DNA of 63,993 nucleotides from Octopus bimaculoides (lineage: Eukaryota). The DNA lies in assembly GCF_001194135.2 (NCBI RefSeq), contig NC_068982.1, positions 29,539,072 to 29,603,064 on the forward strand, written 5' to 3'. How positions within the stretch are numbered: position 1 is the first letter of the stretch; each line of letters opens with the position of its first letter. Below are positions 39,915 through 52,190 of the stretch, one piece after another. The notes under the pieces are model-generated. The model was given only the letters and a program-made list of their open reading frames with translations. It did no database searches and was not told the DNA's origin. The position numbers were made by a program, and so were the translations under genes.

Positions 39915-40082
39915 TATGATGGATTTCTTTTAGTTTCCGTCAATCAGATCCACTCAAAAGGCTTGACATTGTTTGGTCTGCCCAAGGCTACAGGGGAAGA
40001 CACTTGCCAAAAGTGCCATGTAGCGAGTCTGAACTTGGACCCATATGACTGGGAAGCAAACTTTTTACCACACAGCCACAAT
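39915..40082 (-). mobile_element. SINE-A 5' half
   Basis: GAAGACACTTGCCAAAAGTGCCATG...TTTTACCACACAGCCA. Confidence 0.75.
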
Positions 40083-40597
40083 AAAATGTAATAATTAACC
40101 ACCAGAGCAAAGTTTAAGAGTTATCAGTAGCAACTGGTAGTACCATAAATCATTCATATTGGATACCATTTATTCCTTAAATAAATAATAATAGTGCTCC
40201 AGAATGGCCACAAGAACTAGCTAAAATCAGAAAAATAATAAAAGGAGGAAGTAATAAAGATAAAACGACAAGGCACTCAAACTGTTTTCCACTTGACTAA
40301 TGTTACATTTTCTAACATGACCAATGTTTCATTGACAACCAGTAAAAACTTATTGTCAGTGATATGACAAATTTGAAATGTTAAATCTACTACTGAGAGA
40401 GAAAAAGGGAAATCAGTAAATATTTTGCCAGAAGTAATGTTTTATTTCATTCTGTGGTAGTTTTATGATACAAACATTATGTATAAACTTGTGTGGAGGT
40501 AGGGGTCAAATTATTTTTCAGCATATACTTAAGTATGAATGTTATGTATGTGCATATATATATATATATATACTGTTTCACACACACACACACACAC

Positions 40598-40745
40598 ATC
40601 TTTTATTGTTTATGTGTTTCAGTCATTAGACTGCAGCCATGCTGGGGCACCCCGTTAAGAAATTTTTAGTTGAATGAACCAATCCCAGTACTTATTTTTT
40701 TCAACCTTGTACTTATTTTATTTGTCTCTTTTGCTGAAGCCACTT
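40598..40745 (-). mobile_element. SINE-A 3' half
   Basis: GTTTCAGTCATTAGACTGCAGCCATGCTGGGGCACC. Confidence 0.75.
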
Positions 40746-42864
40746 ACCATAAAGTGGTAAAAAGAAAGCACCAATCTTGAATGAATTTCATTTAAGAATC
40801 AAGAGAACCAAAAGTAAACACTGTAAAGGATGTAAGACAATGTTGGCCTTGACCTTTCATCCCTCCAGAGCATCATAGAGTAAAGTACCAGTCATGTACT
40901 TGGGTTGATGTAATCAACTATTCTCCTCCCCCCAAAATTTTGCCAAAATTTGAAACAGTAAAGGTGGAAAGCAGGCAGAACCATTGGTGCATTGAAGAAA
41001 ATGCATTGAGTCATTTCCTATGTTGTGTCCTGCTCCTGCTGAGGTCCACTTTGCCATTCATCTTTTCGATGTTTGATAACATAAAGTACCAGTCTATTCT
41101 TGGAGTTCATATAATTGGAAACCTCCTCCCTTTAAAATTACTGGCCCTTGGACCAAAATTTTAAATAATTCTTCTTCTTATAATTTTTGAAAAGAAAGAA
41201 TACTGCAAGAGTAACAACAAGTGATGTTCTTAGGAAGGACAATGTATTTGATACAGTTCTTTTGATAAATTTCTTGGTTATAAGCAGAGGGTTAAAAAAA
41301 GTTATGATGGAATTGAAATATAAAGGAAAAACCTAGTCAAATGGGAATGATTTAACAAAAGTATAGAGAAACCTAGAATAGTTTCAGTTACAAAGTGTGT
41401 AATGACTGTAGTTTGATTTAGCAAAGTACATATAGAGATGCTTGACAGAATAATTTTCTGAATCTCAAGAGAAAATATTCATGCAAGAGATGAAAGGTTA
41501 TTTCCCGAGGAAAAAAAAATAAAAATGCTGTTAGAAACGTTGAATATGGTTGAGTATGAAAGATATATTTACTAGAAAACAAAAGTGAATGTGGTATGAT
41601 TTATAGTGATGAAAAAGTAAATGGATGAAGAACTACAAAGGAAAGAAAAATGAAAAATGAATAATATTCCGTTAAAATAAAAGTAAAAATATTTGCTAAA
41701 AAGAACAAACTTAGTTGATGTAGAGAAGAGAGAATTTGGTTGAGAGGTCTGATTGAGTTGGTAAAGGATGATTGGAAGGAAATCTGGTAAAATTTGAAAA
41801 CTGTAAAAGCTGGTGAGATATGAAAAAAATATATAACCAACAAAATGGCAAAAGATATTAAGAAGTAAGACTTTAGCAGTATTAAGATAAATCTCCAGAA
41901 AGGGAAATATTTAAGAGCTTAGGTCACAAAAGCTGTGGACAGCTAAGCCGTAACATGAATTTGGGGAAAAATTTGTCATATCACCAATTTACAATATCAT
42001 AAGTTGTTATATGAACACTGAAGAAACTGAAAAAGATATAGGTTATATCAGATTTATACATGATATGCAAAAGAAGCAGAAAAACTGTTCAAATTTGCAT
42101 TTTGGATCTAAAATACTGATGCTGAAGGCCATAATAATTTATTGGTGTTTCTGTGAGTGGCTTTGGCAAAGAATAAGGATTGATTAAAAGAAACTGGTAT
42201 GACAGATAAGCCAAACTGGAGAAACAAGGAAAGAAACTGTACTGGGAATTAAGCATATCATACGTGTACATCCAGATTAACCATTAGAAAATACATGCAA
42301 GTGCTTAGAACATAATGGGAAATGGAAACTACAAAGTTTTTCCAGAGCTGGATTTACCTTGCTACAAATGGTAAATTATGACAGATTTTTAATAAATATA
42401 AATCTTGAAATTTTCATTTTTCCTGTTTTCCTACAAATAAGTAAATAATTTGTTTAGATTGTTTAGTACTAATTACTGTTAAAAATAGGAAATTTTAAAA
42501 ATAGGTTTATATAGTTGTGAGGTCTAAATTAGGGGATGCCTGGAAGGAAGTGGAATTTTTAATCTGAAATTATGCATGTGACCATTTCTCATACTTTATT
42601 GCAGTGCCATTTAAGTAATAGAAAAGTCAGTTGGGTAGGCATTGTTGGGTTGTGCCTCGAGCTTCAGCTGGCTTTAATTTGGTTCTGTTTGTGGAAAACT
42701 ACAACTATTACAATTCTAGATTTAATTTTGCAAAGAATTTGTCAAAAATGCTCATGGATTATTAATAGAGTCAGTACCAGGGAGAAACAAATGAAAAATA
42801 GTAGAAGAATAGCAGAAAAGGAGCAAACAGCAAAAACTGATCTTTGAAGCATTTGAAATGAAAG

Positions 42865-42903
<39 letters not shown>

Positions 42904-43300
42904 TTAGTGTCTGCTTTCCGTGCTGGCATGGGTTAGACAGTTTGACTGAAACTGGTAACCAACAAGTTTCAGTCTGATTAGATATAGTTTCAACGGCTGA
43001 ATGCCCTTCCTAACACCAACCACTCTGAGAGAGTAATGGGTGGTTTTCACATGTCACCAGCATGGGTGCCAGCTACATGACACCGGCATTAGCCACAATT
43101 ATGGTCTCACTTGGCTTGACAAGTCTTCTCAAACACAGCATATTTTACCAAAGATCTCAGTTGCTTGTCATCACCTTCATGATGCCCACCATTTGAAGAT
43201 CAAGCTTCACCACCTTGTCCCATGTCTTCTTGGATCTATCTCTTCCATAGCTTCTCTCACACAGAGTATGTCTGTGTGAAAGTGTGTCACAATGTTTAGT
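42865..43300 (-). mobile_element. RTE LINE 3' portion: ORF C-terminus joined to the family D 3' UTR and (GAT)n tail
   Basis: Minus-strand translation GRDRSKKTWDKVVKLDLQMVGIMKVMTSN*DLW matches the RTE pattern GRPRKTW.EVV..DL. It continues directly into the D sequence and ends at (ATC)n 42865-42901. Confidence 0.8.
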
Positions 43301-43562
43301 AGGGTAGTTTGAAGAAGAGCCAACGCTGAAACCTGGATGAAGTACAAAAGAAGATGCAGAAGCTGACTCCATGGTAGTAATATACTGGAAGTCAAACAAG
43401 ACAATGATAGTTTATATTCTGCCGTCAGTACAATGCCGTGCCTGTGTCCAAGACACTTAGCATTTTGAATCTAAAATACTGATATTGAAGGCCATAATAA
43501 TTTATTGGTGTTTCTGACTGTGGCTTTGGCAAAGAATAAGGATTGAATAAAAGAAACTGGTG

Positions 43563-43800
43563 TGACATGGTTTAGTGGTTAGGGTGTTTGACTCATGATC
43601 ATAAGATTGTAGTTTCGATTCCTCAACCAGGTGATGCATTGTTCTTGAGCAAAACACTTCGTATCACGTTGCTCCAGTCCACTAAGCTGACAAAAATGAG
43701 TAATCCTGTGACAGATCAGTATCCCATCCAGGTGGGGAATATATATGCCATGAATCTGGGAAACATATCCCTTATGAGTCAGCATGACTTGAGAAGGTAA
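43563..43800 (+). mobile_element. SINE-C variant with an alternative 3' tail
   Basis: Head and core as at 37138 (CTTGAGCAAAACAC...TTGCTCCAGTCCACT-AGCTG); diverges after AATGAGTA. Confidence 0.75.
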
Positions 43801-43968
43801 TCTTACTTTTACTTAGTTATCCAATGACACACTCCACCTGGCTGTAAAATATGTAACACAAGATATAAAGAACCAGGGTCATCTTAGCCATATTATAGGT
43901 CCCTGGGCAAATCAATGCATAGGTGCTATAGTATCCATTATGTGTAGATCAGAATTGAGCCCCTAGAC

Positions 43969-44627
43969 CAGTGATTCTCAACCAAGGTCTATATGACCCT
44001 TGGGTGGGAGTCCAATTAAGATTTTATTAAAATGTATGTACAATAAGTTGGTTATACTTCTATAATGCACAAAATATTTTAACAATTTGGTAAGTAGCTT
44101 GCTTACCAACCACATGGTTCCGGGTTCATTCTCTCTGTGTGGCACCTTGGGCAAGTGTCTTCTACTATAGCCTTGGGCTGACCAAAGCCTTGTGAGTGGA
44201 TTTGGTAGACAGAAACTGAAAGAAGCCCATCGTATATATGTATATATGTGTGTATGTGTGTGTATATGTTTGTGTGTCTGTGTTTGTCCCCCCAACATCG
44301 CTTGACAACCGATGGTGGTGTGTTTATGTCCCCGTAACTTAGCGGTTCGGCAAAAGTGATCGATAGAATAAGTACTAGGCTTCCAAAGAATAAGTCCTGG
44401 GGTCGATTTGCTCGACTAAAGGCGGTGCTCCAGCATGGCCACAGTCAAATGACTGAAACAAGTAAAAGAGTAAAAGAGTAAAGAGCAATTTTTTTAATGC
44501 AGTTCCTAATATTTAATTATAAAAATGTAGGATTCTTATTTTACACATCAAATAGCTATAAGGACCCACTCTAATAAAGTAGGAATCAAAGGAGTTCCAT
44601 AGATAAAAATATGGTTGAGAACTACAA
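43969..44627. mobile_element. Inner hAT (Charlie-like) MITE
   Basis: TIRs are CAGTGATTCTCAACC / GGTTGAGAACTACAA. The 8-bp flanks are CCCTAGAC (43961-68) and CCCTACAT (44628-35). Confidence 0.75.
44089..44486 (+). mobile_element. SINE-A, young, slightly 5' truncated
   Basis: Near consensus, with an (AGTAAAAG)x3 tail and a CAATTT duplication at 44083-88 and 44487-92. Confidence 0.92.
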
Positions 44628-45044
44628 CCCTACATACATGAGGCCCCTGGGCAACTGCCTACTGAGCCCATGTCTTAAGACAGCACTATAAAGAATTCAA
44701 ACTTATAAAAAACAGCAGTAGAAAATTGGCTGGCATTTTATTAGCGTGCTGTGCTGAGTTGATCTTGAGAAGTCACTTCTGTAGTTACACTCAGAACAAA
44801 CTTTTACTGATAATTACAGATGAATCTGTGCTTGGATTTTGAATCTTAGCTTTCATTATAGGCTGTGTGCAATGACTGATGAGGCACAGACCAATGCAAA
44901 GTTGATGATTCATTTAATAAATATTCATTGTTTCATGAGATGCAATCAGTCAAGCTATGCCGAAGTAAGTGTAGCCTCACTAATTGCCTTGCTTGAAATT
45001 ATGAGTGAGTATGGAACAAAATCTTTGATTTTAAGAGGCTAATT

Positions 45045-45077
<33 letters not shown>

Positions 45078-45494
45078 CTTGGTTGTCACTATGCAAAATT
45101 CTTATGTCCTGCGAACAGACCACAGTGGTGAGTGGAAGATGTGTATTTGTGTAGCATTTAATATTCAGCTAGTACATGTATCATATAATCCGCTCTACTT
45201 AAAAGCACTGAATCTTTGTATATATAGTTTGTTCCCTGCCTTTTTCTTAGAACAAACATAAACAAAGCTATACTCTAATATATGTATTGAATACTATTAT
45301 TCTTGTTTACATCTTGAATGTAAACGTGTATATGTATATATATATGTTTGATTTATGTATGTGCATATACCCCCCCCCACACACATATATATATTTATGC
45401 CCACACATATACAATCACAGGCTTGTCATATATGCACAAGCATTACATTATAAATGCAGTTATTGAATGTAAGCAAGGTACAGGTATGGCAGAT

Positions 45495-45980
45495 AGGTGC
45501 AAATGTAGCTGTATGGTTAAGAAGTTTGGTTTGTAACCACGTTTCCAGGTTCAATCTTACTGTGTGGTTATTTGGACAAGCATCTACTGCAAAAGTCTTG
45601 GTTTGACTGATGCTATGTGAGTGAAATTTGGTACACAGAAACTGTGCAGGAGCTTGCGTATGTGTGTGTGTGTATGCGCACGTAAGTGTGCTCATTTCTG
45701 AGTAATTTTTGCCTTGAGTCTGCTTAAGCAGTGGTAGCCTTGTTTATATTCCACATAAATAAAGAAAACGTCCAGCAACTTAGTGGCTCAATATGTGAAG
45801 ATGTGGAATAAAGTAACTTACTTGTAAACAATGTTTTGGCATCAGGATGGGCATACAGCTATAAAATGCCCAGTGGTATAAAGTAGAAGACACTAACCCA
45901 AGGTACCATGCAGTTGGATTGAACCCAGAACCACATGCTTGGGAAGCGAACATTTTACCACACACCCATGTCTGCACCTA
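45495..45980. mobile_element. Two SINE-A 5' halves in opposite orientation (+45495-45660; -45872-45980)
   Basis: TAGCTGTATGGTTAAGAAG...GGTTCAATC on the + strand, and GTAGAAGACACT...GAACCCAGAACCACATG...TTACCACACA on the - strand. Confidence 0.7.
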
Positions 45981-46564
45981 TGTAATTTTTTTTTTTTAAA
46001 GATTCTCTTTGTTTTTGAAGCAAATACTTGCTATAAATAGCAAGTTTTCAATTGATACAAAAGACCATTAGGATAAAATAGATAAATGTCATAGGCAACA
46101 TCATCAACATATCAGTTTTTTTTTTCCTATTCCTAATGGATCTTTCCAGAAGGAAACATTTGATTTCTCCTAATTATCTCAACTGAAACTTAACAACATG
46201 AAAGAATATCACAGGAAATGGAACAGCGTGTTTCTCATGTTTAAGTTCAACACTCTAGTCCATTATCTTGTCCATCATAATACATAGACTTACTACTGTT
46301 ATCTATACTCAAGACAGATTAGAGTATTTCTAGCTACCATCTCTGCTGTTCTATAGATTTTTGAATTGCTAAATTAAACAGAATACTTCCAACTTCTATG
46401 ACTTCAACAACATTTATGATTTAAGAGGAGCAAGCATAACAATCTCCAAATAATTTTCATCTGCAAATTAGCAATGTGGAATATTTTCATTTTATTACTT
46501 TATATCAATCCAATTTTATTTTATAGCATGGAGTTGGGGCATCTTTATATACATACATACATAC

Positions 46565-46611
<47 letters not shown>

Positions 46612-46651
46612 NNNNNNNNNNAAAAAACCTTTATCGGTAAAACCATTTATC

Positions 46652-46843
46652 ATCATAAATATACAGGGATTATCATTGAGTTGCTTCTCCAACATACTGA
46701 AAATTTAGAAATAGCAGTCAAAGAACTCGCCATCCGTTTAGAGAAAAATTTGTAGTTTAGAATCAGTAGTTCTTTGACTGCTATTTCTAAATTTTCAGTA
46801 TGTTGGAGAAGCAACTCAATGCTAATCCCTGTATATTTATGAT
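46652..46843. repeat. Near-perfect inverted repeat (76-bp arms, 40-bp spacer)
   Basis: 46652-46727 is the reverse complement of 46768-46843, with one mismatch that I could see. Confidence 0.9.
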
Positions 46844-46996
46844 TATATATATATATATGTATATGTATATATGTATATGTATATATGTATGTATCGGAGT
46901 TTATGTTATATATTCTGTTCCTCTAAATCATATGATCTCAAGTTAACGTTACTCTCTTATTTGAGACTGGTGAGAGAGCCATAAGAAACGTAAGCA

Positions 46997-47231
46997 TTAA
47001 CCTTTTAGCATTCAGATTGCTCTGTCAAATGTTGAGATAATTTATTGACATTGTTTTGAATTAATCGCACACTATCTCATAGCTTTGAAATTTTGATGAT
47101 GTGGTTGTATATTTTTAGAACAACATCGTAAGATAGATATGTGAGGTTAGATCTGGCTGGTTGTTTGAACATAAAACAAGTTGAATATTTATTTTGGCCA
47201 GATATAACCGATTTAAATGCTAAAGAGTTAA
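46997..47231. mobile_element. piggyBac-type MITE, copy 3
   Basis: TTAACCTTTTAGCATT ... AATGCTAAAGAGTTAA. Confidence 0.85.
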
Positions 47232-47485
47232 AAAATTGTCTACAAATATATATTTTGAAATCTAGAGTTCCCTAACCGTGCCAGTAGACTACATAGATGA
47301 TAACATTCAGCTCTGTTGACAATATAGTGTTCTTCTTTCATTTCTAATTTTCTGTAGAAACTTTTGATCCTAACTATATATATATATATGTATAAAAAAT
47401 TTAGATTCAAGGTGAATATGGTACTTAAGTTTAGGTACCAGAATTAAGTATGGTATTATCCAAACAATTCCAAAATAAGGTGATT

Positions 47486-47523
<38 letters not shown>

Positions 47524-47605
47524 TGTGTGTGTGTTCGCGTGTGTGTCTGTGAGTATGTATATACACCATAAGTTCAAACATATACACGTTTTTCTTTCTT
47601 TCGGA

Positions 47606-47639
<34 letters not shown>

Positions 47640-47749
47640 ACACACACGCAACATGATTGTGTGATTAAGAAGGCTGCTTTCCATCAATCTGATTTCAACT
47701 TTATATAATATCCTGTGTCAGCCTTTAAGTTTTGAGATCAAATTATGTC

Positions 47750-48103
47750 AAAGTCAATTCTGTATTCATCCTTTTGGGGTTGATTAAAAAAATTACCAGT
47801 CAAGTACTGGGACAGATCTAATCGACCTGCTCCCCACCCCAAATACCAAGCCTTGTACACTATTAGAAACAGTCATTATTATTAGGGCAGTGAGCTGGCA
47901 GAATCATTAGCACTCTGGGTGAAAGGCTTAGCAGCATTTTGTCCATCTTTATGTTCTGAGTTCAAATTCCGCTGAGGTCGACTTGGCCTTACCTACTTTC
48001 AGGGTTGATAAATTAAATACCTGTGGAACACTGGGGGCTAATGTCAATGTAATTGACACATTTCCTCCCCCAAAATGGCTGCCCTTAAGACACGATTTGA
48101 AAC

Positions 48104-48105
<2 letters not shown>
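47750..48105 (+). mobile_element. Two tandem SINE-B copies (alpha tail) followed by (ATT)n
   Basis: A partial copy at 47750-47865 and a full copy at 47885-48105 (GGGCAGTGAGCTGGCAGAATCATTAGC...TTTGAAACC), followed by (ATT)n to 48177. Confidence 0.85.
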
Positions 48106-48157
<52 letters not shown>

Positions 48158-48271
48158 CATTATTATTATTATTATTCAAGTGGTGGATTGTCTGAATCGG
48201 TAGAGGTTTGTCCAAAATACACTAGTTTACTGCATGAGAATATATATTTAACACACATAGGNNNNNNNNNN

Positions 48272-48314
<43 letters not shown>

Positions 48315-48879
48315 ACATTTGCGTGTTAAGTCTTATGATGAATATCACTTCAAATGTGATAATAACCAAATTAGTTTAATATTTTAAGGTTTCAAACAGA
48401 CTTATGTCCAGAGGCCAGCTGCAAACCGACAACATGTTTCAATACAGCAATCATTTGAATTTATGCAACACTCTCTGGTTTCTTCTACTTCAGTTTGTAT
48501 AAATTGTTGATATATTTCTACTGTGATGTTATTTATTATTTCTTCAGATTTTTTGTTGTTTATAATAGTCTTCTCTTTTTCCTTTTTTCTTTTTTTCTTA
48601 ATTTATAAATTCAAAGAAGATTCCTGTCATTCTTTTAGACAACACAGATGTGAAATAAGTATTGATATGAATATTTCAAATTTTATCAAATAACAACCGA
48701 AATGTCATGTAAAACTTGAATAAGACAACCCTTTCTGCCTTGATAAATTTTCAATACAAAATTATATATATCTATGTGTGTGTGTGTGTGCGTGTGTGCA
48801 CGCATGTATGTTTTCATACACACACATACATTTATATGTATGTTTCCTTTCGATGTAAATTGGATTAACAAATTTATTT

Positions 48880-49083
<204 letters not shown>

Positions 49084-49304
49084 TTTGTTTCATATTTGAA
49101 TTTTGTTTGCTAATACTTATTTGATTCACTCCAGTAGCATCTAAATTCAAATATTCTATTCCATGTCTTTAGAAGCTGAAAATTACAAATTGTTATTTCA
49201 TTTAGAGAAAAATTTTTAAAAAATGAAGTAACAGTTTTAGTTTCTTTCTGATTCTATTATCCTTATAATCGTTCCTAACTTTTCCCCCTTTATTTTCCTG
49301 AATT

Positions 49305-49684
49305 CTTTTACTTGATTCAGTCATTTGACTGTGGCCATGCTGGAGCATCACTTTTAGTTGAACAAATCGATCCCAGGACTTATTCTCTGTAAGAGTGGTA
49401 CTTATTCCATCGATCTCTTTTGCTGAACTGCTAAGTTATGGGGACATGAACACATTAACATCGGTTGTCAAGTGATGGTGGGGTTTACAAACATGTACAC
49501 ATATATTGCTAAATCCCCAAGTATTTTTATTTTATTCTCTCTCTCATTATTTTCTCTTATTCCTTTCTCTTGAAGAGTGTAGGCTTGAAACGTAAAAGAA
49601 TTTCTCACTTCTCTGAGCATCAAGCCAATACACCTGCTTGTTGTTCATACACTTGTCTTCGTCTTTTGTTTTTCTGTAAATTTC

Positions 49685-49731
<47 letters not shown>

Positions 49732-50090
49732 ACCAAATTCGATGACTGGCACCTGTACCAGTGAAGCGCTAACAACACCATCTGAGCATGATCATTGCCA
49801 GAGCAGCTGTCTGGCTTCCATGCCTGGTGCAGCCATCTGGTTCGCCAGTCCTCAGTCAAATCGTCCAACCCATGCTAGCATGGAAAGCAGATATTAAACG
49901 ATGATGATGATGACATATATATCCAACAGGCTTCTTTCAGTTTCCGTCTACCAAATCTACTCAGAAGGCTTTAGTGAGCCTGAGGCCTTAATAGAAGATA
50001 CTTGCCCAAGGTGCCATGCAGTGAGGCTGAACCCAGAACCATGAGTTTGAGAAGTAAGCTTCTCACCATACAGCCACTCCTGCACCTATA
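49305..50090 (-). mobile_element. SINE-A split into 3' (49305-49495) and 5' (49925-50090) halves by insertions
   Basis: Both halves are recognisable. The interior holds a PLE-like fragment, (TA)n and an RTE D end. Confidence 0.8.
49745..49905 (+). mobile_element. RTE family D 3' end
   Basis: CTGGTGCAGCCATCTGGTTCGCCAGTCCTCAGTCAAATCGTCCAACCCATGCTAGCATGG...(GAT)n. Confidence 0.88.
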
Positions 50091-50439
50091 TCTAAGTTTG
50101 TATGTAGCATATGGTTAGATAATTTTTTGACAATTTCAACTCGTGGCCTTGTGGAAAAGGTATTAAGTTCACTATCAAAAAGGTTATGGGTTTATTTCTT
50201 AGACTCGGCAACAAATTGTGTCCTTAGTCAAGGCACTTTATTTCATGTCATTTCAGTCTGCCCAGTTGAAATGAATACCAGTTCATTGCTAGGACAGCCC
50301 TTTTTCCTTGCAGCTGTCAAATTCTGTTAGTTGGGTTATATGTGCAGTAAAAACCAAGAAGGTGACCACATAGGCACTGAAAATAATTTGTGAAAACATA
50401 GTATATGCTTTCAAGTCCTCTATTCCTAGAGACAGCCAT

Positions 50440-50505
50440 AGCAGAGCAGCAGTGGCAGCAGCAGCAGCAGAAGCAGCAGCAGCAGTAGTAGTAATAGTGG
50501 TAGTG

Positions 50506-50547
<42 letters not shown>

Positions 50548-50553
50548 ATAGTG

Positions 50554-50592
<39 letters not shown>

Positions 50593-50602
50593 ACAACAGC
50601 AG
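50440..50602. repeat. (GCA)n grading into (AGT)n compound repeat
   Basis: Direct reading. Confidence 0.92.
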
Positions 50603-51089
50603 CATAGGTGTGCTTTACCTCTTAGCTTTAAACTTACATCTATATCTCATCTAAACATTTCAAAGCAAGTACATTAAAATACACATTTATGAATCAGCAA
50701 TCGCTGTCATTTACACCAGCAATTTAGCCATGAACCACAGAGTACCACTTTTCAGCCTGTGAACATTGCATTATCTAATTCCTTTCGATGACATAAATCC
50801 CTCCTGCTCTGGCTCTAGCTCTGGTTCTAGCTTTGGCAAACCTCAGTTTTAACTAACATGACATATACTCCAAATACTTGACTTCTCGCTATGAGTAACG
50901 ACAAGTAGTGGTTTGGAATTTCCCCTTTCCACCACTCATCTCATTCATTTGTAGTTCAGCTACAAAGATACCACTCTGATTTATATTTTCACTTTCTAAG
51001 ACTTAGCAAATCCTCAACTCATTCTGTGAGTCAAATAAAGCTATCATCACTACTGATTAAAGGCTTTGCCTGTATTTTTTAATATTTTT

Positions 51090-52190
51090 TCAGTTTGGGG
51101 TTTCTGCTCCTCATTCTTCTGAAGCTTATCTCATTCATTCCTTTATTTTGTTTGTTGTCATTCTGTTTCATTTTTGGTCTATCAAGACTGAATCTGTTAA
51201 CCTTTCTGTCTACTTGTCATTGATTCTCTCAACATGTCCCGTCCAAATCCATTTCAATGATTTTGTAAATTTGACAGGATCTTTTACTTTCATTTGTTTT
51301 GATATCTTTTCCGTTGTTCTGTGATTCTTCTAAATTATTTTAAGCATAATGTTGTCATTGAATGTGTTAAGCTTTTCTTAGCTTGTTAGTTACTTTCTTT
51401 TGAGTTTTTTGTGTCATGTTCTCTGTCTCTGAATCATTTTTGTGATGAAGCATCACTTATATACCTGTTTTTTAATGCTAAAAGCAATTTTCTTAAAAAT
51501 GGAATTTTCTTCCTCAAAAGTTTGTCAGCTTAATGTTAATTTGTCATTTGATTTCTTTATTTTCACTCAGTTGTGTTCTTATAAGTTGGCCAAGATAGGT
51601 ATAACTGTTCACTATCTGTAAAATATTTCTTCAATTTCCAATACTAGAACTTCACTTTATCAGTTTGTTGAAAATAATTTTTGTTTTTCTCTGAATATCA
51701 TTTTTCTTTCTACTGCCTTGGTTTAAGTAATCAGTTATTCTAACATAGAATGAAGTTTGGTTAAATCTTCTGATACAAGTAGTATGTCAACTGTAAATTG
51801 AAAGCATATGAGAAACTTGCTGTCAGTTTTAATTTTAACTTCGTCTTCATCGTAATGCACTTTTCAAAACACTTCTTTATGAGCAGGCTGTGAAAAAAAT
51901 TAAGGGAAATACAATTTCCATGTCTTGCACACATTTGGAATAAAAATTGGCTCTAATATTTGTGTAGCTTGTTCAAAGATTTAGCATGATGGTAGATGCA
52001 TTTAAGATATTGACGTATGTTGGTTCTGCACCTTGGTTTGCTATGGCTGTCATCACTCCTGATAGTTCCGCAGGAGTGAATGATTTTATATAATATGCAC
52101 AGGCTATGTAGAACATGATGCTATTTCCATTGATTTTCAATTAATTCATTCAAGTCATTTAGGGGATTGACTTTCTAAATCTAACCAATC
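51090..52190 (-). mobile_element. Heavily decayed RTE-clade (RTE-1/BovB-like) RT region
   Basis: Minus-strand fragments in order: NELIE...IANQGAEPTYVNILN; NLQ..DILLVSEDLTKL.SMLE (the FADD region); SYTYLGQLIRT; LKWIWTGHVERIND..TERLT. Confidence 0.75.

Larger units (their letters stand above)
43874..44688. mobile_element. Outer hAT-type MITE
   Basis: Ends are CAGGGTCATCTTA / TAAGACAGCACTA. The 8-bp flanks are TAAAGAAC (43866-73) and TAAAGAAT (44689-96). Confidence 0.7.

Noticed and set aside
41200-42050. Purine-rich stretch as a LINE remnant
   Set aside because: I could not recover any diagnostic RT or endonuclease motif on either strand.
44876-44985. CTGATGA-GGCA...TGCC-GAAG as a hammerhead
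   Set aside because: It has no convincing stem I or stem III.
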